Source: Bacilli bacterium
GTDB taxonomy: Bacteria > Bacillota_I > Bacilli_A > RF39 > UBA660
Length of the DNA stretch: 64,000 nt
Direction of reading: 5' to 3'
NCBI GenBank assembly: GCA_051872635.1
Contig: JBJEEA010000003.1
Coordinates: 6,236 to 70,235, forward strand
This document shows, piece by piece, positions 1 to 9,731 of the stretch (the stretch's first letter is position 1; each line of letters starts with the position of its first letter). Position numbers and translations under genes: made by a program. The notes under the pieces were generated by a model that was given only the letters and a program-made list of their open reading frames with translations, ran no database searches and was not told the origin of the DNA.

Positions 1-464
1 GTAAGGCTATAGAAGAAGTAATTGATATTATATATAATAATGTTCTAAAAGATTATGAGGAAAAACTTGAGGATATTCCAGTAGAAATTAGAGATGAATT
101 TGAAAAGGCAATATCTCTTAGAGTTATTGATAATTATTGGATGGAACATATTTCTACTATGAGTCATTTAAGAGATGGTATTGGTCTTAGAGGATATGCT
201 AATACTAGTCCTCTTCAAGCTTATACTATGGAAGGATATCAGTTATTTGATGATATGCTAGCTCGTATTAATAAAGATGTTAGTATTTATTTACTTAAAT
301 CTGAAATTAGACAAAATATTGAGAGAAAACAGGTAGCAAAGAATACTATTACTAATGATAGTAAAGATCATGCTAAGGTACAGAAGAAAAGTACTAAAGT
401 TGGTAGAAATGATCCGTGTCCTTGTGGTTCGGGAAAAAAATATAAACAATGTTGTGGAAAGTAA
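1..464 (+). CDS. secA: Preprotein translocase ATPase SecA, C-terminal part (5' end outside window)
   Basis: Frame of ORF 141..464 stays open back to nt 3; [27 protein letters not shown] core and terminal zinc-binding tail [17 protein letters not shown] are SecA hallmarks. Confidence 0.9.
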   Translation, partial: KAIEEVIDIIYNNVLKDYEEKLEDIPVEIRDEFEKAISLRVIDNYWMEHISTMSHLRDGIGLRGYANTSPLQAYTMEGYQLFDDMLARINKDVSIYLLKSEIRQNIERKQVAKNTITNDSKDHAKVQKKSTKVGRNDPCPCGSGKKYKQCCGK

Positions 465-623
465 GATAAAATAAGGGAAAACTTAATATTTAAAAATTAG
501 TAAGTTGGTTCGAGTTTTATAACTTGTCCACGTAATATTAAAAAAGTGTAGTAAAATAAAGGTGTGAACAATAAATAATGTGTTGACACCTTTTAAAATC
601 TAAAATAGAAGGAGGTAAAAATA

Positions 624-1513
624 TTGAAAAAAGATTCAGTAACAACAGAAATAGTAGTAAAAGAAAATAAAATAGGTATATTAAGAGTAGGAAATGTTAA
701 TTATATTTCTTTAACGGATTTAGCAAAACAAGCAAATTCTGAGGATCCATCTGGAGTAATTAGAAATTGGATGTCAAATAAAAATTCATTTGATTATTAT
801 AGTTTATGGGAAGAACTTAATAATGAAAATTTTAATTCCGTGGAATCACACAGAATTAAAATTGATGAAGCCCCTTACAATCGTTTCACTATGACACCTA
901 ATCGTTGGAAAAGAGATTTTAATGCTATTGGTATTATCCCAAGTAGTGGAAAATATAGTAAAGGAACATTTGCTCATCCAGATATTGCATTTGAATTTGC
1001 AAGTTGGTTATCTCCTGAATTTAAGTTGTATTTAATAAAAGAGTTTGAAAGATTAAAAACAAATGAAGCAGATCAATATAAAATAGAATGGAGCGCAACA
1101 AGACTTTTATCTAAAGTTAATTATGTTGTTCATACTGATGCAATAAAAGAATGCATCATTCCGAATTTAACAGAAGTCAAAAACAACACGTTTATTCAGA
1201 TGAAGCAGATATTTTAAATGTAGCGTTATTTGGTATGACAGCAAAACAGTGGAGAGATAAAAATCAAAAATTAGCTAAAAATGGGAATATTAGAGATTAT
1301 ACGGATTTATTACATTTAGTCATTTTAAATAATTTGCAGAATACAAGTGCAGAATTAATTGAAGATGGTTTATCGCAAAGAGAGAGATTAATAAAACTAA
1401 ATGAATCTGCTAAAAGGCAAATGAAATCATTGCAAAATAGTAAAAGTATGAAAGATTTAGAGTTACTTCAAAAGCAAGTAAAAGAAGAAAATAATTTATT
1501 AACGAACAAATAG
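624..1513 (+). pseudogene. KilA-N domain DNA-binding protein, split into two overlapping ORFs by a 1-nt deletion near 1176-1178
   Basis: ORFs 624..1217 and 1151..1513 together are collinear with copy 2; acagaag-tcaaaaac here versus acagaagaacaaaag in copy 2; motifs YISLTDLAK, FAHPDIAFEFASWLSPEFKLYLIKEFERLK, EADILNVALFGMTAKQWR. Could also be a sequencing error in an intact gene. Confidence 0.6.
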
Positions 1514-1545
1514 AGTATCGATATTAATTGTTGATACTTTTTTTG
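1514..1545 (+). terminator. Rho-independent terminator after kilA-like copy 1
   Basis: agtatc...gatact stem followed by T7 run. Confidence 0.6.
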
Positions 1546-1586
1546 TTGTAAAATAATAATGATCAAAATAAAGGGAGATGATAATA

Positions 1587-2012
1587 ATGATCAATATAAG
1601 AAAAAGAGGAAATACTTATCAGTATTGTTTTGAGGTGGGAAAGGTTAATGGTAAAAGAAAACAAATAACAAAATGTGGTTTTAGAACTAAGAATGAAGCA
1701 TTTATTGCCGGACAAAAAGCATATAACGAATTTATAAATGGTGGTATTAAGAAGGAATCTGAAATGTTTTATTCTGATTATTTAGATTATTGGATGAAAG
1801 AGTATTTTGAGATTAATTATAAATATTCCACTGCAAGAAGATATAAAGAAACCTTTGGAACAATAAAACAAGAAATAGGTATGTATAAATTAAATACAAT
1901 AACTCCTTATTTATTAAATCAAATATTGCTAAAACTATATCAAAAAACTAGTACAAAAGAAGATAAGAAAAAAGTGACTGAAATGTATGAAAAGATAACA
2001 AATTTTCATTAA
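1587..2012 (+). pseudogene. Tyrosine recombinase/integrase, N-terminal fragment only
   Basis: MINIRKRGNTYQYCFEVGKVNGKRKQITKCGFRTKNEA resembles the Arm-binding plus SAM-like N-terminus of phage/ICE integrases; ORF ends after ~140 aa without a catalytic domain; GGGAG SD 8-10 nt before ATG 1587. Confidence 0.65.
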
Positions 2013-2013
2013 A

Positions 2014-2042
2014 TTTAATTTGGTCGAATTCGATCAAATTAA
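2014..2042. repeat. Imperfect second copy of the 32-bp palindrome found at 3758..3789
   Basis: tttaatttggtcgaattcgatcaaattaa directly follows the integrase stop codon; one mismatch (t at 2034) relative to the perfect palindrome. Confidence 0.7.
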
Positions 2043-2116
2043 TTGTTAAACATTATAAAAAATAGTATAATATATTTAAGAAATTACTTATCAAATAATA
2101 TTAAAGGAGGCAAAAG

Positions 2117-3136
2117 ATGACTGATAAATTAATTGGAAATGAAAACAATATTTTATTTTATAATGATGAAGATGGAAATACACAGATTGAAGTATTACTT
2201 GAAAATGAAGATGTTTGGTTAAATACCGAAGCGTTATCAACACTTTTTAATATTGATAGAAGTGGTATTGTTAGACATATTAACAATATCTATAAAGATG
2301 AAGAATTAAGTGAAAATAGCACAAGTGCAAAAATTGCACATGTGGGTAATGATGGGAAACAAACTTATAATACCAAGTATTATAATCTTGATATGATTAT
2401 TTCTATCGGTTTTAGAGTTAATTCAAAAAAAGCAATAAAATTTAGAACTTGGGCAAATAAAATAATAAAAGATTATATGGTTCAAGGCTTTGCTTTAAAT
2501 GATGAAAGATTTATGAAGGCAAGAAAGTCAGATCAAGAATACTTTAAAAGATTACTTGAAAGGATTAAATTAATTCGTACAAGTGAAAGAATGTTTTATC
2601 AAAAAATTACTGATATATTTGCAGAATGTTCTATTGATTATGATAAAAATAGTGAAACCGCAATAACATTCTATAAAACAATTCAAAATAAATTTCATTT
2701 TGCTATTACTGGACAAACAGCATCTGAAATTATCTATAATAGAGTAGATGCAAAAAAAGATAATATGGGTCTTACTACTTGGGAAAATTCTCCTGATGGT
2801 AAGATATTAAAATCTGATGTAATTATTGCTAAAAATTATTTAGAAGAAAAAGAAATTAAAAATTTAAATAATTTAGTCAACTTATTTTTAGATATTGCAG
2901 AGAATAATGCCGAAAGAAATATTGCAATGTATATGGATGATTGGAAAAATGAAGTTGAAAATGCATTAAAAGTTTTTCATTATGAAGTATTAGATGGAAA
3001 AGGCAAAGTATCTCGCAAAATGGCAAAAGATAAAGCATTTAGTGAATATGAAAAATATAAAGTTATTCAAGATAACAACTATGTTTCAGATTTTGATAAG
3101 TTAATAATTGAAACTAAAAAGATAGGAGATAAGTAA
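2117..3136 (+). CDS. rhuM: RhuM-family (virulence protein RhuM-like) protein
   Basis: N-terminus ILFYNDEDGNTQIEVLLENEDVWLNTEALSTLF, YNLDMIISIGFRVNSKKAIKFRTWA, ERIKLIRTSERMFYQKITDIF and IAKNYLEEKEIKNLN match my recollection of the RhuM family; AGGAGG SD. Confidence 0.8.
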   Translation: MTDKLIGNENNILFYNDEDGNTQIEVLLENEDVWLNTEALSTLFNIDRSGIVRHINNIYKDEELSENSTSAKIAHVGNDGKQTYNTKYYNLDMIISIGFRVNSKKAIKFRTWANKIIKDYMVQGFALNDERFMKARKSDQEYFKRLLERIKLIRTSERMFYQKITDIFAECSIDYDKNSETAITFYKTIQNKFHFAITGQTASEIIYNRVDAKKDNMGLTTWENSPDGKILKSDVIIAKNYLEEKEIKNLNNLVNLFLDIAENNAERNIAMYMDDWKNEVENALKVFHYEVLDGKGKVSRKMAKDKAFSEYEKYKVIQDNNYVSDFDKLIIETKKIGDK

Positions 3137-3293
3137 TCGCACATTTTATATAGTTTCAAAATATGATATACTTATACTAGTGAACGAATGATGGCAATGT
3201 CCACATTTTGTCCATAGTAGATAAATAATAATAGTACAGATAATACTATAAATACAATAAATACAGATGATACCTGATACTAGAATACAATAA

Positions 3294-3392
3294 AATACAG
3301 ATAGTACTATAAATACTAATAATACTTATAATATAGGAATGTTCAGTTCTTGTAGTTCGAGCCGAAAATATAAGCAATGTTGCGGAAAGTAG
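3294..3392 (+). pseudogene. Relic 3' end of a secA allele (displaced zinc-finger tail)
   Basis: In-frame [32 protein letters not shown]-stop; last 8 codons match the live secA tail at 441..464; no upstream gene body. Confidence 0.6.
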
Positions 3393-3551
3393 CATAAAAT
3401 AAGGGAAAAATTAATATTTAAAAATTAGTAAGTTGGTTCAAGTTTTATAACTTGTCCACGTGATATTAAAAAAGTGTAGTAAAATAAAGGTGTGAACAAT
3501 AAATAATGTGTTGACATCTTTTAAAATCTAAAATAGAAGGTGGTAAAAATA

Positions 3552-4433
3552 TTGAAAGAAGATTTAGTAACAGCAGAAATAATCGTTAAAGAAAATAAAG
3601 TTGGAATATTAAGGGTTGGAAATGTTAATTATATTTCATTAACTGATTTGGCAAAGTATTAAAATTCAAGTGATCCATCTTTTACAGTTAAAAACTGATT
3701 AAGAAGAATAAATACTATTGATTATATTGGCCTATGGGAAGAAATTCATAATCAAGATTTTAATTTGGTCGAATTCGACCAAATTAAAACTGAGTATGGT
3801 AGAAACTCATTTGCAATATCACCAACACAATGGATAAAAAGAACTAATACTATAGGCATTAGTTCAAAAGGTGGAAGATATAGTATTGGAACATATGCTC
3901 ATCCAGATATTGCATTTGAATTTGCAAGTTGGTTAAGTCAGAGTTTAAACTATATTTAATAACAGAATTTGAAAGATTAAAAGCTAACGAAGCATATCAA
4001 GAAAAAATAGATTGGCAAGCAAATAGAATTCTTTCTAAGTTAAATTATGTAGTTCACACTGATGCAGTTAAAACTTATATAGTTCCAACACTTACAGAAG
4101 AACAAAAGAAATTTGTTTATATAGAAGAAGCAGATGTGTTAAATGTTGCACTATTTGATATGACAGCAAAAGAATGGAGAGAAAGTAAGCTATAACTTGC
4201 TAAAAATGGAAATATAAGAGATTACACTGATTTGCTTCATTTAGTAATATTAAAAACTTACAAAATACAAATACAGAGCTAATTGAAGAAAAAGTCCCAC
4301 AAAGTGAAGATTAGTAAGACTTAATAATTCAGCAAGAAGACAAATGAAAGTATTAAAAGACAATAAGAATATAAAAGAATTAGAATTATTACAAAAACAA
4401 GTTAATGAAGAAAATAAATTGATAACTAACTAA
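3552..4433 (+). pseudogene. KilA-N domain protein, second copy, heavily decayed
   Basis: Same TTG start context as 624; in-frame stops (taa at ~3659, tga at ~3696) and several frameshifts; fragments 3765..3959 and 3929..4195 keep FAHPDIAFEFASWL and EADVLNVALFDMTAKEWR. Confidence 0.8.
3758..3789. repeat. 32-bp perfect palindrome with central EcoRI site
   Basis: ttttaatttggtcgaattcgaccaaattaaaa reads identically on both strands; lies inside kilA-like copy 2. Confidence 0.9.
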
Positions 4434-4438
4434 TATAA

Positions 4439-4468
4439 AGTATTAACAGTAATTGTTAATACTTTTTA
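4439..4468 (+). terminator. Rho-independent terminator after kilA-like copy 2
   Basis: agtattaaca / tgttaatact 10-bp stem, T5 run. Confidence 0.7.
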
Positions 4469-4500
4469 CACTGTTTACAAAGTATTTTGTTAATAGTCTG

Positions 4501-4522
4501 AGCTCATATTTATGAGCTTTTT
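4501..4522 (+). terminator. Second hairpin plus T-run, possibly the ancestral secA terminator
   Basis: agctcat...atgagct stem followed by ttttt. Confidence 0.5.
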
Positions 4523-4591
4523 ACATTATTAAATTTATTTATTAAAATGATAAGAATGTATGATATAATAATAGTGGAGGATAGAGATAAT

Positions 4592-5053
4592 ATGGATAAT
4601 ATAATGAAGTTTGGTATTGAAGAAGCTAGAAGAACGATGAATGAAAATAAAGGCGGCCCTTTTGGAGCTGTTATTACTGATAAGGATGGTAAAGTTATTG
4701 CTATAGCTTCTAATTTAGTGCTAGAAAAGCACGATCCTACCGCTCATGCAGAAATTATGGCAATTAGAAAAGCTGGAGAAAAACTCGGTACTCATGATTT
4801 ATCTGAATGTATATTATATGCTACTGGTTATCCTTGTCCAATGTGTTTATCCGCCATTATATGGGCCAATATTAAAAAAGTCTACTATGGGACCAATTTG
4901 GACGATGCTAAAGAAATTGGATTTAGAGATGATTTTATTTATAATTATATTAATAATAAAGATAATGAAACCTTACAATTAATTGAACTTAATCATGATG
5001 ATTGTTTAAGTTTATTTAATGAGTATAGAGATAAGAAAAAAGAGATATATTAG
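4592..5053 (+). CDS. guaD: Guanine deaminase (CMP/dCMP-type zinc deaminase fold)
   Basis: GGPFGAVI, DPTAHAE and PCPMC zinc motifs, GFRDDFIY; collinear with B. subtilis GuaD as I recall it; start moved to ATG 4592 behind GGAGGA. Confidence 0.8.
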   Translation: MDNIMKFGIEEARRTMNENKGGPFGAVITDKDGKVIAIASNLVLEKHDPTAHAEIMAIRKAGEKLGTHDLSECILYATGYPCPMCLSAIIWANIKKVYYGTNLDDAKEIGFRDDFIYNYINNKDNETLQLIELNHDDCLSLFNEYRDKKKEIY

Positions 5054-5063
5054 GGAGGTATAT

Positions 5064-6683
5064 ATGGAAAAGGTATATATATTTGGTCACAGAAATCCCG
5101 ATACAGATAGTGTTACTTCTGCTATTAGTTTATCTTATTTAAAGAATAAACTTGGAATGAATACTGTACCAGCAGTACTTAGTTCTATTAACTTAGAATC
5201 TAAGTTTGCTCTTCAGTATTTTAATACTAAAGAACCAATGTTTTTAAATGATGTTAATATCAAAATTAAGGATTTGCAATATACTAAAAATTATACGGTT
5301 AATGAAAATGACTCTATTTATGAAGCATATTTTAAAATGAATAAAGCTGGTATTAGTAAAATACCCGTAGTTGATAAAGATAAAAATTTACTTGGAATAC
5401 TTAGTATGAAGGATATTGCAAAGGATCAATTTTCTTTTAATTATAGTTATATTGATGCTTCTTATGATAATATATGTGAAGTCATTAAGGGGAAAAAATT
5501 ACTAAGATTTGATGATGATATAGAGGGTAATCTTATAGTAGCGGCTTATAAAAGTACTACTTTTATTGAAGAAATTAATTTAGGTAGTGATAATATTCTA
5601 ATTGTGGGAGATAGACACAGTATAATCGAATATGCAGTTAATTCGGGAATTAAGCTTATTATTGTAACTGGTAGTGGTGAAATAAAAAAAGAATACCTTG
5701 ATATAGCTCGAAAAAATAAAGTAAATATTATTGTAACTCCTTATAATACTTTAGAGACTACGAAAGTATTTAATTTATGTAATAATGTTACTACTATTTT
5801 AAATACAGAAAAAGTTTTATGTACATATGAAGATGATGATATTAATGATTTTATTAAATTAGCTAATAAAACCAGGTATAGTTATTATCCTGTGCTTACA
5901 AAGAAAAATAAATGTATGGGAATTATAAGGCTATCTGATGTTGGTTTTAATCATAAGAAAAAGGTTATTTTGGTTGATCATAATTCATATGAACAAAGTG
6001 CTATAGGTATTGAGGATGCTAATATTATTGAAATTATAGACCATCACAATATTGGTACTATTGGTACTAATATGCCTATTAGTTTTAGAAATATGCCAGT
6101 TGGAAGTACTAATACTATTATTTATCTTTTGTATAAAGAAAATAGGGTTTCAATTCCAAAAAATATAGCTGGGCTTATGCTTTCGGGAATTTTATCGGAT
6201 ACACTTATTCTTACTTCTCCTACTACAACAGATTATGATAAAGAGGCAGTTACATATTTAAGTAAAATAGCTAAAGTTAATTATAAAGAGTATGGATATA
6301 AAATGATTAAGGAAGGCTCTTCTCTTAAGGGAATGACGAAAGAGCAAGTTCTTTATAAGGATTATAAGAATTACAATCTTGAAGATGGTAGAATTGGGTT
6401 AGGTCAAATCATCACTGCTGATGTAAATGATATCATGAAAGAGAAAGATGAATATATTAAGCTTTTAAATACTGTAAGTGAAAGTAATAGTTATTTATTT
6501 GTATGTTTATTTATTACCAATATTTTAGAAAATGGTACATATGTTTTGTTTAGTGATAGAGCTAAAGAAGAATTAGAAGCTGCTTTTGGTATTGAAAATA
6601 TTAAAGAAGGCGAATTTTTAAAAGGAATTGTTTCGAGGAAAAAGCAAATACTTCCAGTACTAATGAATAGTGCTAAACAGTAA
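5064..6683 (+). CDS. ppaC: Family II (Mn-dependent) inorganic pyrophosphatase with CBS-domain insert
   Basis: MEKVYIFGHRNPDTDSV, VDHN, IIDHHN DHH motifs, DHHA2-type C-terminus, CBS-like insert residues ~60-300; GGGAGG SD before ATG 5064. Confidence 0.85.
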   Translation: MEKVYIFGHRNPDTDSVTSAISLSYLKNKLGMNTVPAVLSSINLESKFALQYFNTKEPMFLNDVNIKIKDLQYTKNYTVNENDSIYEAYFKMNKAGISKIPVVDKDKNLLGILSMKDIAKDQFSFNYSYIDASYDNICEVIKGKKLLRFDDDIEGNLIVAAYKSTTFIEEINLGSDNILIVGDRHSIIEYAVNSGIKLIIVTGSGEIKKEYLDIARKNKVNIIVTPYNTLETTKVFNLCNNVTTILNTEKVLCTYEDDDINDFIKLANKTRYSYYPVLTKKNKCMGIIRLSDVGFNHKKKVILVDHNSYEQSAIGIEDANIIEIIDHHNIGTIGTNMPISFRNMPVGSTNTIIYLLYKENRVSIPKNIAGLMLSGILSDTLILTSPTTTDYDKEAVTYLSKIAKVNYKEYGYKMIKEGSSLKGMTKEQVLYKDYKNYNLEDGRIGLGQIITADVNDIMKEKDEYIKLLNTVSESNSYLFVCLFITNILENGTYVLFSDRAKEELEAAFGIENIKEGEFLKGIVSRKKQILPVLMNSAKQ

Positions 6684-6759
6684 TAATATAATCTTGTTTA
6701 TATAATCATATTGTGATATTATAATTTTACTAATTAAATTGTGAAAGGAAAATACTACT

Positions 6760-7395
6760 ATGAATTATTTAAGTGAGTGCAATAAAAAAATTGAAAGATT
6801 AAAAATTCTTCTTGAAGGAGAAAATAATGAACTTGTGTTATTGCAAGAAGAATTTTTAAAGCTTAAAAGTAGTATATTTGAAATTAAAAACTCAATAAAG
6901 GAAATTAGTAACAACATTAACAGAGCTAAAAAAATAATTAAATTTTTATGTTATTTAATAGGAGGAATAGCCGTTGTTTCTGCTTTTACTTTAATGATTT
7001 TTAAAGAAGATATTATTACTAATATTATAATAGGAAATTCTTTTTCATTACTTTTGGTAGTAGAAATTGTTATAATAATTTATAGGTATGAATTAGAGAC
7101 TAAAAAAGATCTTAATGAAAAAATAAAATTATTGAAAAAAATGGATGCTAGTAGTAAGAAGAAAGAAAAAGAATTGGCTGATAAAAAAAATAAATGTAGT
7201 TGTATTGAAAATAATATAAATAATCTTGAAAATGAAATTAAATTATTTATAGAACAAGAGGATAATTTGGAAAATGATTTTTTGAATTTTACATTAATAG
7301 ATCAATCTAAAAATAGTGAGAAAACATATGATGATAAAAAAAATAATTTAGCTTTTGTAAAGCATAAATCAAGGAAATTAAATTATCCTGATTAA
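6760..7395 (+). CDS. Hypothetical coiled-coil membrane protein
   Basis: Long ORF with SD, heptad-like Lys/Glu/Asn-rich segments flanking two hydrophobic helices; no family recognised. Confidence 0.5.
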   Translation: MNYLSECNKKIERLKILLEGENNELVLLQEEFLKLKSSIFEIKNSIKEISNNINRAKKIIKFLCYLIGGIAVVSAFTLMIFKEDIITNIIIGNSFSLLLVVEIVIIIYRYELETKKDLNEKIKLLKKMDASSKKKEKELADKKNKCSCIENNINNLENEIKLFIEQEDNLENDFLNFTLIDQSKNSEKTYDDKKNNLAFVKHKSRKLNYPD

Positions 7396-7420
7396 TATAA
7401 CTTTAATAGTAACTAAAAAT

Positions 7421-7468
7421 AAAATATTCTTACTTTAAATAATAGAAAAAGAATATTTTATTTTTTTC
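7421..7468 (+). terminator. Rho-independent terminator
   Basis: aaaatattctt / aagaatatttt 11-bp stem followed by T-run. Confidence 0.6.
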
Positions 7469-7519
7469 TTTCTAAATAAGGAGAAATCTGCTATAATATT
7501 AGAAGAAAGAGGTGTTATT

Positions 7520-8704
7520 ATGATTATATTAGCTGTAAATGCTGGTAGTTCTTCACTTAAATTTACTGGATTTGAGATGCCTAGTGAAGAAGTTCTTATC
7601 AGTGGTGTATTTGAAAGAATTGGTATTGATAATAGTTTTTATACTATTAAACTAAATGGAGAAAAAATTAAGAAGGAAGTAGCGCTTCCTAATCATAAAG
7701 TGGCTTTTGAAATATTAATAAAGGAACTTATTGATAATAAAATAGTTAATTCACTTGAGGAAATTAAGGGCGTAGGTCATAGAATTGTTCAAGGAGGAGC
7801 ATATTTTAATAAAACTGAAATTGCAACAGATGATGTTGTGGCTAAGATTGATGAATTATCTAGCTTGGCTCCACTACATAATCCCGCTGCTATTGTTGGA
7901 ATTAATGCCGCAAAAGAGGTAATGCCGAATGCTTTACAAACTGTTGTATTTGACACGGCATTTCATCAAACTATGGAACCAGAAGAATATATGTATGCTG
8001 TTCCATATGCTTGGTATAAAGAATATGGCATAAGGAAATATGGGGCACATGGTACTAGTCATAAGTATGTTTCTCAAAGAATGAATGAAATATTAGGTAG
8101 AACTGACACTAAACTTATTACTTGTCATATTGGTAATGGTGCTAGTATTTCAGCTGTAAAAAACGGTAAATGCATTGATACTTCAATGGGACTTACTCCT
8201 AATGCGGGTCTTATTATGGGTTCGAGATGTGGTGATATGGATGCAACTGTTGTTACTTATGCTATGGAAAAGACTGGTATGTCTCCTAAAGAAATGGATA
8301 CTGTTTTAAATAAACAAAGCGGACTTTTAGGAATTTCTGGTATTAGTAGTGATTCAAGAGACATTGAAGAAGGTATTAAAAATGGTAATGAGAGATGTGT
8401 ATTAGCTCAAAAAATGTATGTTAAGAGAATTGTAGAGTATATTGCTAAGTATTATGTTTTACTTGGTGGATGTGATGCTATTATATTTACTGCTGGTGTT
8501 GGAGAAAATTCTATTATGACAAGAAAACAAATTATTGATAAGCTTTCTGTTTTAGGAGTTAAGCTTGATGAAGAAGCTAACAATGTTAGAGGTATTGAAC
8601 AAAAGATTACTTCTGATGATTCTACTATTCCAGCATATATTATTCCTACTAATGAAGAACTTATGATTGCTAAAGATACATATTCTTTAGTATTGCAGGG
8701 TTAA
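7520..8704 (+). CDS. ackA: Acetate kinase
   Basis: ILAVNAGSSSLKF N-terminus, HRIVQGG, VFDTAFHQTMP-like, GAHGTSH, IPTNEELMIA. Confidence 0.95.
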   Translation: MIILAVNAGSSSLKFTGFEMPSEEVLISGVFERIGIDNSFYTIKLNGEKIKKEVALPNHKVAFEILIKELIDNKIVNSLEEIKGVGHRIVQGGAYFNKTEIATDDVVAKIDELSSLAPLHNPAAIVGINAAKEVMPNALQTVVFDTAFHQTMEPEEYMYAVPYAWYKEYGIRKYGAHGTSHKYVSQRMNEILGRTDTKLITCHIGNGASISAVKNGKCIDTSMGLTPNAGLIMGSRCGDMDATVVTYAMEKTGMSPKEMDTVLNKQSGLLGISGISSDSRDIEEGIKNGNERCVLAQKMYVKRIVEYIAKYYVLLGGCDAIIFTAGVGENSIMTRKQIIDKLSVLGVKLDEEANNVRGIEQKITSDDSTIPAYIIPTNEELMIAKDTYSLVLQG

Positions 8705-8706
8705 AG

Positions 8707-9657
8707 ATGAATATTTATAAGCAAATATACAAACAAATAAAGAAATACGATATTATCGTAATAGCTAGACATATAGGAGCTGATCCCGATGCTCTCGGAG
8801 CACAATTTGCATTAAAAAACATTATAATAAATTTATTTCCTAATAAAAAAGTATATGCTGTAGGAAATCCTGCTAGTAGATTTAAGTTTTTTGGAAATAA
8901 TGATAAAATTGACGATATAAATACTAGTAAAGCATTACTTATTGTTTTAGATACTCCAGATATTAAGAGAATTGATGGGGCTAATATTGAAAACTTTGAG
9001 TATGTTATAAAGATAGATCATCATCCTTTTATTGAGAAATATGCTAATATTGAATTAATTGATGATGCGGCTTGTAGCACTAGTCAAATGATTTTAGAAT
9101 TTGTTTTCACTAATAAAATTATATTAAATAAGGAAATAGGTGAGAAATTGTACCTTGGAATTGTCGGAGATACAGACAGATTTTTACATGACTATACTTC
9201 TCCCAAAACATTTGAATTAGTCACCAGATTATTAAATGAGACTGAAATTGATTTTACAGCGCTTTATAAAATTTTATATCAAAGGCCACTAGTTGAGGTT
9301 AGATTTGAAGGATATATATATCAAAACTTAAATATTACTGAAAATGGAGTGGCATATATTAAGATTACAGATAAAACAATGAAAGAATATGGCGTTGATA
9401 GTGCTGCTGCTGGAAATATGATAAATGACTTAAAATTTGTAACTGAAATTATTGTATGGGTTTTTCTTTCAGAAGATATTAAGAGCAATTTAATTAGAGC
9501 TAATATAAGATCTGTGGGGCCTTATGTCAATGATATTGCTACTAAGTTTAATGGTGGAGGTCATAAGTATGCATCTGGGGCTAAACTTAAAACTTGGGAA
9601 GAGGCAGACAATCTTATTGAAGCTCTAGATAATCTTGCTAAGAAATATAAAAATTAG
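8707..9657 (+). CDS. nrnA: DHH/DHHA1 phosphoesterase, NrnA-type oligoribonuclease/pAp phosphatase
   Basis: ARHIGADPDALGA, IDHHPF, GIVGDTDRF, GGGHKYASGAK motifs. Confidence 0.85.
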   Translation: MNIYKQIYKQIKKYDIIVIARHIGADPDALGAQFALKNIIINLFPNKKVYAVGNPASRFKFFGNNDKIDDINTSKALLIVLDTPDIKRIDGANIENFEYVIKIDHHPFIEKYANIELIDDAACSTSQMILEFVFTNKIILNKEIGEKLYLGIVGDTDRFLHDYTSPKTFELVTRLLNETEIDFTALYKILYQRPLVEVRFEGYIYQNLNITENGVAYIKITDKTMKEYGVDSAAAGNMINDLKFVTEIIVWVFLSEDIKSNLIRANIRSVGPYVNDIATKFNGGGHKYASGAKLKTWEEADNLIEALDNLAKKYKN

Positions 9658-9679
9658 GTCAAACTATTGTTTGACTTTT
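9658..9679 (+). terminator. Rho-independent terminator
   Basis: gtcaaac tatt gtttgac then tttt. Confidence 0.65.
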
Positions 9680-9731
9680 CTTTATTATTATGATAGAATA
9701 TCTAGCTGTTAATTGATTATGGAGGAATAAT

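Larger units (their letters stand above)
438..1546 (+). repeat. Direct repeat copy 1 of a ~1.1-kb module (secA 3' tail + ~160-bp intergenic region + kilA-N-like gene + terminator)
   Basis: Collinear with 3366..4470 at constant offset 2928 up to the gene start; I count 6 mismatches in the ~160-bp intergenic part, lower identity inside the gene. Confidence 0.85.
3366..4470 (+). repeat. Direct repeat copy 2 of the secA-tail/intergenic/kilA-like module
   Basis: See 438..1546. Confidence 0.85.

Noticed and set aside
524-537. ttgtccacgtaata (and its copy ttgtccacgtgata at 3452..3465) contains CCACGT(G) and looked like a parS half-site
   Set aside because: It lacks one T of the TGTT arm and has no matching second half-site, so it does not fit parS. 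More likely it is part of the element's promoter/operator region.
3233-3316. 23-bp direct repeats (agtacagataatactataaatac / aatacagatagtactataaatac) considered as integrase arm-type binding sites
   Set aside because: Read in frame, they encode a repeated (S/N)TD(N/S)TINT peptide that continues into the relic secA zinc-finger tail. They are better explained as decayed low-complexity coding sequence of a displaced secA 3' end.
3552-4433. In-frame TGA/TAA codons in kilA-like copy 2 might indicate genetic code 4 (TGA = Trp) or recoding
   Set aside because: TGA is clearly used as a stop for conserved genes here (dnaX 44193..44195, rsmI 48594..48596). Copy 2 also carries TAA stops and several frameshifts, so it is a pseudogene.
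1514-4468. tatcgat...ttgata and tattaaca-gtaat-tgttaata inverted repeats after the two kilA-like genes resemble the convergent DnaA-box pairs
   Set aside because: Both are followed by T5-T7 runs directly after stop codons, so they are ordinary rho-independent terminators. The similarity to TTATCAACA is a by-product of AT-rich stems.
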